From Eledone cirrhosa (taxonomy: Eukaryota): a stretch of DNA of 64,000 nt. This document shows, in pieces, positions 14,218-28,890 of this stretch; positions within the stretch are counted from its first letter, which is position 1, and each line of letters begins with the position of its first letter. Both the position numbers and the translations under genes were made by a program. The stretch lies in assembly GCA_964016885.1 (NCBI GenBank), contig OZ024745.1:105586001-105650000 (forward strand). Direction: 5' to 3'. A model generated the notes under the pieces. The model ran no database searches and was not told the origin of the DNA. It was given only the letters and a program-made list of their open reading frames with translations.

Positions 14218-15307
14218 TAACATTATTCTAGAATTTAATTTAATTTAAATGTTAGTTAACCTATAAATTTAATTTAATTAATATTTTATTACAGATGAGA
14301 AAATATTATGTAATCATAAATTTTGAAAAACCTTTAAATATTACTAATATATACTCAGTAATTTAATTTATAGATTAATTTTAATTTATTTTAACCTTTT
14401 ATTATAATTTTTTTTTTTTTTTATTATAATTCTTTTACAGATAAAATATAACAAAATAATATCATGTATCCTATGACGGAGTAAGAATTTTTAGTATTAT
14501 AGACCTAATTAATATACATTTTGGAAATATATTTATTATTTGGTTTTAGTTTTAATCAACCTAAAACTTTAATTTTAATTTGCTTAAAATTAGTATCCTT
14601 GTACAGACGAATTGCAGAATGTCATGTAATCATAGAATGGGATGTGTTTTGGATATATACCTAGTTAATATATTCTGTGCAATTTTTTGAAAAAGATATG
14701 TATATCTATATGTATATGTATATGTGTGTATTGTATGTGTATCTGTATGTATATTTATGTGACTATATATGTATATATGTGTATATATATGTATATATAT
14801 ATATATATGTGTGTATATGTATATGTATGTGTATGTGTATGTATATGTATATGTATGCGTATTAATTTTGATTTTTATTTGCATATAATTATATTATGCT
14901 ATTGATGAAATACAATATCTGCTTTATGTATTGTATACCTAATTAACATATACTAATTAACGTATACTATTGAAATAAATATATAATTTTTAATTTAGTT
15001 AACATATAATTTATATGCTACTACCGATGTAATACTTTATTTTATTTTTATTTGGGTTTCTTTTCCCTATTACTAAATTCATCTCCTAATATTGATACCA
15101 TAACGTTATTAACTTTAATTTAGTTATAATGTAATTAATAATCTACTACTGTTTGACTTCATAATTCTGCTTCAAATATTATAAACCTAACTAATTTACA
15201 CCTTGGAAATCAATATGTTGACTATCTTTGGTTTAGTTAACATATGATTAATGGTATACTTTTTTATTTTGGGATGCATAGATTTCGTATTTCCTAGCAC
15301 TGAAAAT

Positions 15308-15940
15308 ATGTAAGAACATACATTGAATTAAGATACGGAAAATATTATATGTTTCTTGAAACATATATTTACTTTGATCCCCTTCTCCAAACCCCCCCTT
15401 TCCCCCATACTATTATCATCTGTTTTTGTAAGCGTATATGTATGAATATATGTGTAGGTGAGTGTCTATATAGGTTTTGGTATTTATTTCTAAATATAAA
15501 AATACATATATGAGCATGTAAATATGAATGTAAGATTGAGTGTGTATATATGATTGTACATACATATGTATGTATATATATGTATATATATGTATTATAT
15601 ATGTATGTGTATGTGAATGTGTGGTATGTATATGTGTATGTATATGTATATATGTGTATGTATGTGTATGCTTGTATATAGGAATATATATATATGTGTA
15701 TATATGTATGTATATGTATATGCGTGTTTGTATGTATGTGTATATGGGTTCTGTATATATTTGTATGTCTCTCTATTTATATGTTTATCTTCGTATCTAT
15801 GTGATATATGTGTGTGTGTGTGCACGTATGCATATGTATGTGTTTGTGTGTGTTTGTATGTGTGTGTGTATATATATATGTATTTGCGCACACTCACATA
15901 CACATATATATATATATATATGTGAGTGTGTATGTGTGTC

Positions 15941-15971
<31 letters not shown>

Positions 15972-16013
15972 ATATATATATATATATGTGTATATATGTA
16001 TGTGTATATATAT

Positions 16014-16051
<38 letters not shown>

Positions 16052-16150
16052 ATATAGGTGTCTATGTGTGAATATATGTCTTTATTCGTATGTGTGTATT
16101 TATGTATGTATATATTTAGGTGTATGTATGTATGTGTATGTATGTATGTA

Positions 16151-16213
<63 letters not shown>

Positions 16214-16425
16214 TATTCTTTTATTATTATTGTAATATAACTTATGTGTATATGTGTATAAGTGAGGTTGTGTATGTATATATACTATGTGTATATATAA
16301 GAGTAATAAAATATATATATATATATATATATATGTGCATGTCTGTTTTTTATGTGTGTGTATATATATATATGTATGTGTATATATGTGTATATATATA
16401 TATATATGTGTACGTGTGTGTATGT

Positions 16426-16459
<34 letters not shown>

Positions 16460-16568
16460 GTGGGTGTTTGTATGTGTATTTATGGTGGTATGAGTGTGGG
16501 GATATATATGTTTGTATATATATATGTATATGTATATATATATATATGAGTCTATGTGTGTGTGTATA

Positions 16569-16607
<39 letters not shown>

Positions 16608-17587
16608 ATGTGTGTATGTGTTGCGCGTGAGTGTGTGTGTATTTATATCTTTTTATATGTGTATGTCTATGTTCGTGTAAATGTATGTGTGTGTATGACA
16701 GTATAGGTATGTGTGTATGTATGTATGTGTAGATATCTCTATGTGCGCGTACATGTATGTATGTGTATGTATATCTGTATGTGTATGTACATTATATTAT
16801 ATTTATTATATTTTATTGTTTTTATTTTTTTATTTTTCTTAATTTATAGATACATTTATATTAGGCTGTCTGGTCTGACAATCTAATACTGACCCCTCCC
16901 CCCCCCCCCTCCCACCTAATTTCTGTATCTTGATCTTGAAATGTGTGTACCAGTGTTTTTATGTGAGTGACTTAATTTCTATTTGCTTATGATTTTATAT
17001 CCACATATATAAATGTGAGTGGGGGAGTGTGTGTGTTTGTATGTTCGTGGTTATGTGTATATTTATGCATATACGCACATGTATGTGTGATTATACTGAT
17101 ATGTGTGAGTATGAAAAAAATATATTTATATGCTTGACTCCATAAGTATCATTGCGTATCTTATCAGCGCATTAAGCTTACAGAGATATTAACCTTGAAA
17201 TTTTGTGTTTGCATCCATCTTTTTAGTATGCACATACAAATTATACACACATTATTGTAAAATATGTGTAAGGTTTTTACATGTATATACACACACCAAA
17301 CTGCTTTTAACCCTTTGTGTTTTCATTGGTCAATTTTGAACTGATATTTTGAATTGTTGTTATTATCAATAAATATACTTCATTATTTCTGAAGACGGCG
17401 TATATATGAGTTAGGTATGTATATTTAATCTTGATAATTTGTATAATTTTGTATAATTTTGTACATAGATCTGTTAAATATGCATACCAATTATAACACA
17501 TATATACCCTAGAAACGATCGTTAAATAGTGAACTTTTTTTGTTTAATATAAGGAATTGTTTGTTCATTATTTGTTTAATATTTTAT
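15308..17587 (+). repeat. Right inverted arm (2280 bp), the 3' UTR/pLTR of the element
   Basis: Begins ATGTAAGAACATACATTG and ends GTTCATTATTTGTTTAATATTTTAT; mirrored ORFs in the track (10392..10586+ vs 17307..17501-) confirm the symmetry. Confidence 0.95.
17379..17533 (+). ncRNA. Type I hammerhead ribozyme with greatly extended stem II
   Basis: Stem I TTCATTATTT/AAATAGTGAA (10 bp); core CTGAAGA 17389-17395; 116-nt stem II (GTATATATG/CATATATAC, GTTA/TAAC, GGTATGTATATTTAA/TTAAATATGCATACC); GAAA 17512-17515; palindromic stem III ACGATCGT; GUU triplet. Confidence 0.78.
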
Positions 17588-17721
17588 CTTGACTCTGTAT
17601 ACCGTTTATCTTTCACCGAAAGTGGATTTTCATTACATCTCTTCTTTCCATGATATCCGGAATACATTGAGTTCTTCATACGGATTGGACACTACCGTAA
17701 ACTCTTGGTAGATTTATCTAC

Positions 17722-19560
<1,839 letters not shown>

Positions 19561-22500
19561 TTGATAAGCAGGGAATATTCCATGAGATATGTTCTATGCC
19601 ACTTCAAAAGAAATGTATGATTAGTTTATTAGTTTCTTGGCTGTTGTAGTTATTATTAGTATTCGCACTTTGAGAATATTTCAACGGTAGATACAATGGA
19701 TTGTTGGAGAAGATATAACGTGACATGACGTGACACTGCGCAATATATCGACATGAAAGACGTGGTAAGGTAACATTAGCAAGCATTTAAAAAGAAAAAC
19801 CCATTAAATTGCAGCAAGATTTTTGAAAACAATATCAAATGTTTTTAAAAATCTTCTTTAATGAAAATGACTGCCAGATGAGTATTTTTAATATTACTAT
19901 GTTCTATAATGCAAATAGCGAATAGCGTCACTCGTTACATTCTTCTAGCAGGAGCAATCACTTTTTACTGTGTTTCTGGCGGCGAGGGTGACGCATAGCG
20001 CAAGGGACTTCGTTTGTTCAAGGCATTTTGTGGGCTCCCACATAGTTTCCGCTGACTGAATCCCGCTGGTAATATAGTCTCGTCAACTTTAGGCTATATT
20101 TCAAGACACTCACCGAGCGAGCTGTGGAAGCATTTTAACTGAGAATGCAATGATCTTCCATCCAATGCTCTAACGCTAACGATCTTACCAGTCCGTTGAC
20201 CTGACGTAGGAAGGATGAAATGCAGGATTGACTTTGTGTGATTTGAACCCAGAACGCAAGGAGACAAAATAAGTTCCTCTAAGTTCTCATTCATTATATC
20301 GATATGTTGTTGTTGTTGTTGTTATATAGCTCTAGATCGGCCTCGATTGAGCAATCAAACCTATGATGATCGAAACTTATCACACCGTCACCTTCTCATC
20401 TTTTTGTGTATTGTTCACTAAGCCAATATATCCTTCCATATGTAAGATTGTCGGGTGTGATTTGAAGAATATTTAACAGATATATAGAATATTTAACAGA
20501 GATAAATTTAGCAGATTGAACGACCACGTAGAGACTCCCTCGCTGACTAGCGGATTGATGTGTGTCTTCCTAGTCCACTCACATGTTATAAATACATAAT
20601 CTTACGATTATTTCTAAATGCTGACAAGTAGGGAGAAGGAATGGAATGGTTAAATATTAAAACAATATTATTTTAGGCTTTATTGAGAGGAAAAATATGA
20701 ACGAGAAACAAATTAAAGGAAAAATATGAGATTAACAAAAAAAAAAGTAGAAAAGAAAAGAAAAGGAGAATAACAAAAAGAAAAGAAAAGGGAAGAAAAT
20801 ATAAGAAATGTTAAGTGTCGAAGGAAAGAGAGAGAACTGGGGTTACAGGTTAAAAATGGTTAAAAATGGATGTGAGAAACATCAGTTTTGAAGAATGGAA
20901 GGGGCATGAAATACTGAGTATGTCAGAGGTGGATTTAGAACATGAGAATGGAAGTGAACGTGTGAGAGAGAGATAGATAGATAGAGAGAGAGGGAGAGAA
21001 ATGGGGGGGGGGGGCGAGGAAGAAAGTGAGAGAGTAAATGGTAAAGATAAAAATGAAAGCAAAAATGAGAAAGAGAGAAAAGTTGGAAAATTAAGAGAGA
21101 TGAAATGAAAAGTATCAAATAAATAAAAAAGAATCAAAATGAAATGCTATGAAAGATAAAAACATATAAATAAGGGCACAAAATATAAAGAATGCAGTTA
21201 GTGAAAGAATGCAGAAAAAAAGGGAAAAAATGAACGAAAGAAAAATAAGAAAGAAAAACATTAAACAAATCTTGTAGGATATAGAAAAGGTTTTCTTTAT
21301 TATAAAGTTATGAAAACAAGAGAATCTATGAAGGACAGAAAGAACAGAGCAGAAATAAAAATAAGAAAAATGAAGTTTCTTGAACCCATCTTACACAAGT
21401 AAAAAAACAACAACAACAACAACAAGACAAAACAAATAAAATATAGGAGCAACAACAACAAAGCAGCCATCAAATTTCCCCACTAAGGGTCTAATTATAA
21501 AATTTTGATTGTTTCGTTAAACGTTGCTCGCATCTCTAGTGTGGTGTAGAGAAAAGTGTGGAAGAATGACAGGGTGGACGGGTGGAAGGGTGGAAGAAAT
21601 TGATTCAATGTTAATTAGTGTTGTGAGAGATATCGAAACCCAACCCTCACAAAAAGAAAATAGAATAAAATAATAAAAAAAAAAACAAAAGAAAAAAACA
21701 CGAACGTAATCAACAACAAAATGTCTTAACGCACATGCACAAAAACAAATACATATATCTGCAAGCACGTACTCTAATGCACAAACAAACATACGCATAC
21801 ACTGCCGCAACGAAAAAGAAACACGCATACACACTCTCATACTCGCACACACACTCTTCTTACGAAACTCTCATACATTAATCCACACACACATAAATAC
21901 TCGCGTTCAAACAAACCTACACACTCACAGAAGGACGGACATAAATATATTTACAGACATCCAAGCAGGGACACATTCTCACAAACAAATGCACAGAGAT
22001 ATACACATACATACACACAAACATTTATACATTTATACACAAAAAAAACACATTTACGTTCTCACAGTATCCTCAAAGCAAAGCACATGCGTAAACAAAC
22101 ACACATATGTTTATATACGAATAAGCGCACAAACACTCACGCACACAAACACACACACACAAACAACTATTTACATATAGCTTAAAAGGCATATATTTAT
22201 ATAATATATATACATATATATATATATATTATATATATATATATATATATAAATATATATACACATAAACACACATCTAAGCACACCTAATCAAACAGGA
22301 TAGCATGAAAGTTTACGACGAAAATGGTTCTTTGAATATTTTATGTTTGTGGAAAACATGATGATGATGATGATGATGATGTCGCGGGTAGAGCAGTGAA
22401 AATGAAACAGAATAACAAGACAATAAAGTTTACAGGGACTGCTTATATTACTATCACACACATTCCAAAAATATATTCCAGTTTTCATATTAATGTTATA

Positions 22501-23029
22501 CAGTACTTATAATTCTATAGAGGGAAACCGTTTGACTGGGTTTCAATGCTCAGATGAAACTATCAGTTTGAGATAGAAAAATGACTCAAGCCAAATGAAA
22601 AAAATAAAGAGATGGGGAAAATAGCCAACAGGTTGTTGCTTCTCGCTGCAAATATCTTCAACCTAGTTATGGCATCTTGTTGAAGACCCGGTAAGATTGT
22701 TGGACTCAGGATCATAGGTCCGATTCCTGGACTGGGTGCCGCGTTGTGCATTTCATTTACATGTTAGGACTGGTGTCCATATCCTCAAGTCAACGTATTG
22801 GTGTGATCCGTAAATTTCATTTTACGTTGCTTTGCTGAGGACTGAGCTCTCTATCATTCAAACGCTCCAAAAACCGCCTATGAGCTGCAAACTCGTATGA
22901 AACCAACTACAGCCGAATGTGAATTTGATTTCACCATTTCAGTTCAAGACAATGTGTTACGTTGGATATTAAGAATGATCATCTGTTCTCATAGTTCTAA
23001 GCTATTGAAGAATCATCTTATGAAGATAA

Positions 23030-23220
23030 AATAATTGTTTCTACTTTTGGCACAAGGCCAGCAATTATCCCAGCACATTACTTGTACTTTATTTTATCGA
23101 CCCCGTAAAGCTGAAAGGCTAAGTTAACCTCAGCGAGATTTGAACTCAGAACGTAAAGGATCATAACTCTATGCTACAAAGCATGGTGTCTGACGCTCTA
23201 CCGATACTCCCAATTCACCG
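23030..23220 (-). mobile_element. tRNA-derived SINE
   Basis: Reverse complement of the 340-530 family. Confidence 0.85.
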
Positions 23221-24091
23221 ACCAAAACCAATAATATCATTCTGATTGTCATGATTTATCCGAATGTAAAGCTTTCAACAATTTTAACTATAAAACAAAA
23301 CCGAAGATATAATCAAAATATTAAAATACAATGATACAGGGTTATAAAATTCTAATATAAATATTTGTATCAAAATACAATAACATAAAATTTCCGTGGG
23401 TCTCACAAATAGTATATCATTTTCATTAGTTGGATGTAAAAACGCTTCGTAGCATAGTACATCGCCCACTATTCCAGCACAACATACCATATATATTCGA
23501 ATATAAACTGATCTGAATATAAGTTCACTCCTATTTTCTGTGTTGTAGTTATCTCTTTCAGACACAAACTATATCTCATGAACCACACTCAGTTAGCGTA
23601 ATTCAAATAAACCTTAACATAATTCTCCTCTACTAAACCTTTCCTGGGGCTATCTTCCGTATTTACCCGAAACTCGAAAAATAAAAATAAAAAATAAGAT
23701 CAATGCAATTGATTTCCATTTTTTTCTCTTTACTTTATTATTTCTCGTAATTCGATTTTATGTTTCATTCAGTAAAGATGCTAATGTTTTGGTACCCGCA
23801 CACATCTCTGGGTTATTTTGTCCGTCATCAGGGTTACCTTATCCGAAATATTCAACTATTATTTATAATAATACACTGGCTAATATATTTACAAATTTCA
23901 AATAGTCCACCAAACAATTGTATTATCTCTTTGTTTAATACGATGGTATGTTTAGAGTATCTGGCAATATGATTTGCGGTATTTATTCCGACATTTTGCG
24001 AAAACTATCGTATTTTAATGGATTTTTTTCTATTTGTGTGTGTGTGGGTGTGTGTGTGTGTGTGGGTGGGTGGGTGTGTGTGTGTGTGTGT

Positions 24092-24157
<66 letters not shown>

Positions 24158-24161
24158 GTGT

Positions 24162-24196
<35 letters not shown>

Positions 24197-24627
24197 CTGG
24201 ACTGAATCTGACGATCTGCTTTTGAGGAATCTAATTTTTTACTTGCGCTAGAAAATACGTATCTGTATCTGAGTATACATACACATGCTTACAAGCACGC
24301 ATACACACATGCTCGTATGTGTATGTGTGTAATGAATGTCGTTTCTTTATCGCAAAACAATTCAACACTTTGATAATGACAGGTGGAAACAGAATGTCGA
24401 CATTGTAACAATGTGGCTAAAATATGATTGAGTTATTTTTTATCGCATAAAAAAACCATGATAATGGACAAAGGGATATTTTTCATCTTTCAGAATTCAT
24501 TCGCCAATCAATAAGATTTCATGCAAAATTACGATGTTACTAGATCAATTCTGTGATTATATTCACCAAACATAAGAACATAAGACATATTAAATACTTG
24601 TTTTTATGTCTAATAAATACATATATA

Positions 24628-25190
24628 CAATTGTTTCTACATTAGGCACAAGGCTAGAGGAGGGGAAAGTCGATTAAATTGATCCCAATACATTACTGGT
24701 GCTTTATTTTATCGACCCTGTAAGGATGAAAGACAAAGATAACCTCGGCAGGATTTGAAACCAGAACGTAAAGAGCCGTAACTCTCAGTCCTTTACGTTC
24801 TGATTATATAATAATTGTTTCTATATTTGGTACAAGGCCAGCAATTACCCCAGTGCATTACTGGAGCTTTATTTTATTGACCCCGTACGGATGAAAGGCA
24901 AAGTTACGTTGGCGGGATTTGAACGCAGGCCGTAAAGGGGCGTAACTCTATGCTACAAAGCATGGCGTCCGACCCTCTACCGATACTACCAATCCACATA
25001 TAATAATTATTTCTACTTTTGGCACAAGGCCAGCAATTACCCCAGTGCATTACTGGTACTTTATTTTATCGACTCCGTAAGGATGAAAGGCAAAGTTAAC
25101 CTCGGCGGGATTTGAACTCAGAATTGCAAGGGCCGTAACTCTATCCTGCAAATCATGGCGTCCGACTCTCTACCGATACTGCCAATCCAA
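24628..25190 (-). mobile_element. Three tandem SINE copies
   Basis: AATTGTTTCTA..GGCACAAGGC..GGATGAAAGGCAAAGTT..GGATTTGAA repeated at ~24628, 24811, 25002. Confidence 0.85.
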
Positions 25191-25597
25191 TGAATAATTA
25201 ATGTGTATACACTAAAAATAGGATACAGATTTAAAAACAATTTTAGTTAGTTATTACAGAATAAAACATATTGGCGTCTATCAATTATAAATTAAAAAAA
25301 AAAGCCAATCAAATTTTATTTATAATGACACCCAGCTCTTATAAAATGCAATAAAATGATTTTTGCTGAAAGAACGACATTCATTAAACAAGAGATCTCT
25401 ACGAAAATACGTTAGCTCTCGCTGTGAAGGTGTTTCTTGCATATAACAATATAATGATAGTAAGCTACGTAATACGGCATTTAGAATTGGTGATATTATT
25501 GATTATCAGAAAGTATGACTTCGACATCTAACATCTATATTCAGGAAACTTGTGAACAAAGAAATAAAAGACATGTCTAATTTTTACACATTAATTC

Positions 25598-25783
25598 TGG
25601 TAAATTGGCAGTATCGGTGGAGGGTCAGACGCCATACTTTCCAGCATAGTTACGCCCCTTTACAGTTTGAGTTCAAATCCCGTGGAGGTTAACTTTGCCT
25701 TTGATCCTTACGGGGTCGATAAAATAAAATGCCTGTAATATACTGGGTAATTGCTGGCCTTGTGCCAACAATAGAAACAATTA
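25598..25783 (+). mobile_element. tRNA-derived SINE
   Basis: TGGCAGTATCGGTGG..GAGTTCAAATCC..GGCCTTGTGCCAAC. Confidence 0.85.
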
Positions 25784-26029
25784 ATTAGCACTTTTTATCA
25801 ATGGCTGAGTGAATACGCACGTGTATGTTTTTTTTCTTCTCATTTTCCCTGTTCCTTCCTGTCATCACTCTTTACTTTCTATTTATCTTCTATTTCTAAC
25901 TAGCGTCCGAAACGTTATGACACTCTTCTTGCTATTTCAAGCGTTAAACTAATATATTTGTTCCATGTGCTGTGCCGTTTGTTTTGTTATGTTTTGTTAT
26001 TTCCTTTATTACTTTTACATATATACATA

Positions 26030-26583
26030 CAGGGTGTCCCAAAAAATGTATACACAAAAAGTCTTTAAATAAATTAAAATAAATTCTGTTTTATAAACAT
26101 TATTTAATTCAAATCCCGCCGAGGTTGACTTTGCCTTTCATCCTTACGGGGTCGATAAAATAAAGTACCAGTAATGCACTGGGTAATTTGCTGGCCTTGT
26201 GCCTAAAGTAGAAACAATTATTTAAATTTAGTAATTTAAGGCAGTAAAGGGCGGTGGATTGGCAGTATCGGTAGGGGGTCGGACGCCATGCTTTACAGCA
26301 TAGTTACGTCCCTATACGATCTGAGTTCAAGTCCCGCCGAGGTTGACTTTGCTTTTCATCCTTACGGGGGTCGATAAAATAAAGTACCAGTAATGCACGG
26401 GGTAATTGCTGGCCTTATGCCTAAAGTAGAAACAATTATTTAAATGTTGTAAACATTTTTGGGTGTTTACATAAAGTTGAATTATGTCTGTATATCATTT
26501 TATTTTTGGGAAAGGCTGTCCATTCTAATAAACCTTGCCTGTACAAGTAATCAGAGTGTGTATACATTTTTTTGGACACCCTG
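26030..26583. mobile_element. Tc1/mariner-type MITE with two nested SINE copies (26107-26221, 26248-26440)
   Basis: 27-bp TIRs CAGGGTGTCCCAAAAAATGTATACACA / TGTGTATACATTTTTTTGGACACCCTG (1 mismatch), TA target duplication on both sides. Confidence 0.85.
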
Positions 26584-26663
26584 TATATACACACACATAT
26601 ATTTATATATGTGTGTGTGTGTGTGTATGTTTGTGTGTGTTATCAAGGAATTATCATCTCTAT

Positions 26664-26977
26664 TAGACATGTCAAACTGAGGGTTCCCCGAGGGCTACAT
26701 GGGTCACATATGTGTTGTCTGAGGGTCACATGGGTCACATATGTGTTGTCTGAGGACCACATGGGTCACATATGTGTTGTCTGAGGGCCACATGGGTCAC
26801 ATATGTGTTGTTTGAGGGCCACACATGACAACTAATTGCGCACATTACAACTAATTTTTTTAAAATTTTATATTACAAAGATAAAACATTCTCGCAATGT
26901 AAAATCCTTTTTGCGGGCCGCAAGTGTGCTTGTAAGGAGCTGCATGCGGCCCGCGTGCTGCATATTTGACATGACTG
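26664..26977. mobile_element. hAT (Charlie-like) MITE with internal 31-bp tandem repeats
   Basis: Termini TAGACATGTCAAA / TTTGACATGACTG; imperfect 8-bp TSD ATCTCTAT / ATCTATAC; subterminal GCGGCCCGC; ~4 copies of GAGGGTCACATGGGTCACATATGTGTTGTCT. Confidence 0.7.
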
Positions 26978-27213
26978 ATCTATACTTTAGATTGTCCGCA
27001 GCTTTGTTGCGCGAAACAACTTAGAATACGATGTATAGTGATTTAATGTCAACTCAATCAATTCACATGGCGTTTCTGTTCAGTTTCGACTCAATGAATA
27101 TTTTAGTTCTTTACATTAAACATCTTTCTCTGTGTTCTCTTAAGAGTCTCTCTATTCTCTTTCTTTCTCCTACTCTTTCTATCTACCTCTCTCTCTCTCC
27201 TTGTCTCTCTTTC

Positions 27214-27249
<36 letters not shown>

Positions 27250-27929
27250 CCCCTCTCTCTCTCTCTCTCCTTGTCTCTCTTTCTTCACCTCTCTCTCTCT
27301 CTCCTTCTCTCTCTCTTTCTTACCCCCGCTAATCCTGTATCTCACGTACTCCCTCGAAAGGGTTCACACTTTCATAACTGTTAATGTTACATCACTTCAG
27401 AAATCAAGTAAACAACTAAAGGGTTATTTATAATAACAGTTAAATGGGAGTTCGCCATTAAGTGTCTATTCTATATTGCTAGATCTATCCATTGCATATT
27501 GAAAAGAGAGCCTTGCTGATTGAGTGGTATATAATGTATATTACATACAATAGTTTTCAACTGAATAACTTACTAAAATGTTTATTTGGGAAAATATAAT
27601 GTCTACATTATGTTTAGAACATGTAGAATATTTGAAAGTTCGTTTATGAAATAATGTAGATGAAAAGAAATGGGAGTCTCATAGCTGCTTCCACAGGTTT
27701 TCTAGAATTGGAAAAAGTAATGCAGCCGAGTTTCAGCTTGGGCATTTGACGTAGTAAAGACAAGACGTTATGGAGGGGACGTCTGAATTCTTACAACAGG
27801 GTAAAGTCAGCTTCAGACTCAGACTCAGAAGCTCTGGCGTCTTGCGACGCATGAGGCAATCATAGTGTTCCACCGCGTTCGGTCAGCAGCCAGTTGCACA
27901 TTCGTCCCGCCATTGTCTGTTTGTCGCTC

Positions 27930-28110
27930 GCAGGTCCCTCTAATTCTAGGAGAAGGAAAACTCTGATATAAACCTGCAACCCTGATGGTGGCCATCGGTT
28001 TGCAGTTCTACCAGAGACTACTCCACTTACTGTCTCTTTACTAAATGTCAGTGGTTGGGCTTCAGGTTAGCGACCTGTTCCCAGAAAAAACTCTCCTGCT
28101 ACGAAAACAA
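27930..28110 (+). mobile_element. RTE-type LINE 5'-region fragment
   Basis: AATTCTAGGAGAAGGAAAACTCTGATATAAAC..CTGCAACCCTGATGGT shared with 43951-43999. Confidence 0.55.
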
Positions 28111-28320
28111 TTCATAGTGCATCAGATTTAAAGTCAGCTTAGAGATATCAAATTCTAGATGGTGATGTATATTTGGAATGCATTATCAGAGCTTCCTCTC
28201 CTTAAAAAAAAAAAAATTAGGAAATATAACTTAAAGTAGTTACAGTGGTTACTATATCTAGTAAGTCGTATAATCACGTAGAGGCTGCCTGGTTGCTGTT
28301 GTGGTAGTCATGGTAATGTT

Positions 28321-28890
28321 AAACCAAATGATATTTCACACCATTCATCTCTATATCTATTAGTATATCTCCTTTGTCGAGATTTGATTATATTCCTAAG
28401 ATGTTACCGTGACTAAAAACAATTGAATTGTAACACACGCACACGTTTATATATACTGTATATATATATATGGCACCGTTGTAGTAATTGGCCTTAATAA
28501 TTAGACAAATACATATATATATATAAGATACTTACACACACACACACACATATATATATATATTATATAGTCGATCGACTTTCGTCAAATCGGACCGAGG
28601 AAACAATGTTTCCGTTGGTCTTTCCAATTGCTAATACTATCTATTGGTCGCAACTCCAGGTAGAAGGAGCAACGTGAAATAAAGTGTCTTGCTCAAGGAC
28701 ATAACGTATCGCCCGGTCCAGGAATCGAACTTACAACCTCACGATTGTGAATCCAATTCTCTTACCACTCAGCCTCGCGCCTTCACTAAACCAAGTGATA
28801 TTTCACACCTTTCATCTCTATATCTATTAGTATATCTCGTTTGTCGAGATTTGATTATATTCCTAAGATGTTACCGTGACTAAAACAATT
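28321..28890. repeat. ~100-bp direct duplication (28321-28424 / 28788-28890) enclosing a second SINE family copy (minus strand, ~28650-28785)
   Basis: AAACCAA.TGATATTTCACACC..GTTACCGTGACTAAAA twice; GGAATCGAAC is a reverse B box; AGCAACGTGAAATAAAGTGTCTTGCTCAAG body. Confidence 0.7.

Larger units (their letters stand above)
10306..17721 (+). mobile_element. Penelope-like retroelement (Hydra-clade-like), 5'-truncated, with 2.28-kb inverted pseudo-LTR
   Basis: RT/GIY-YIG ORF, inverted arms 10306-12588 / 15308-17587, hammerhead in each arm, 134-bp unpaired 3' tail 17588-17721, inserted in a (TA)n-GC microsatellite. Confidence 0.9.

Noticed and set aside
10306-17587. Large inverted arms as TIRs of a DNA transposon or Polinton
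   Set aside because: The enclosed ORF is RT + GIY-YIG, is truncated by the left arm, and the right side has an unpaired tail, as expected for PLE inversion
17646-17692. Possible SECIS (ATGA..ATCCG..CGGAT) in the PLE tail
   Set aside because: No properly placed GA quartet partner, and the ORF has no in-frame TGA
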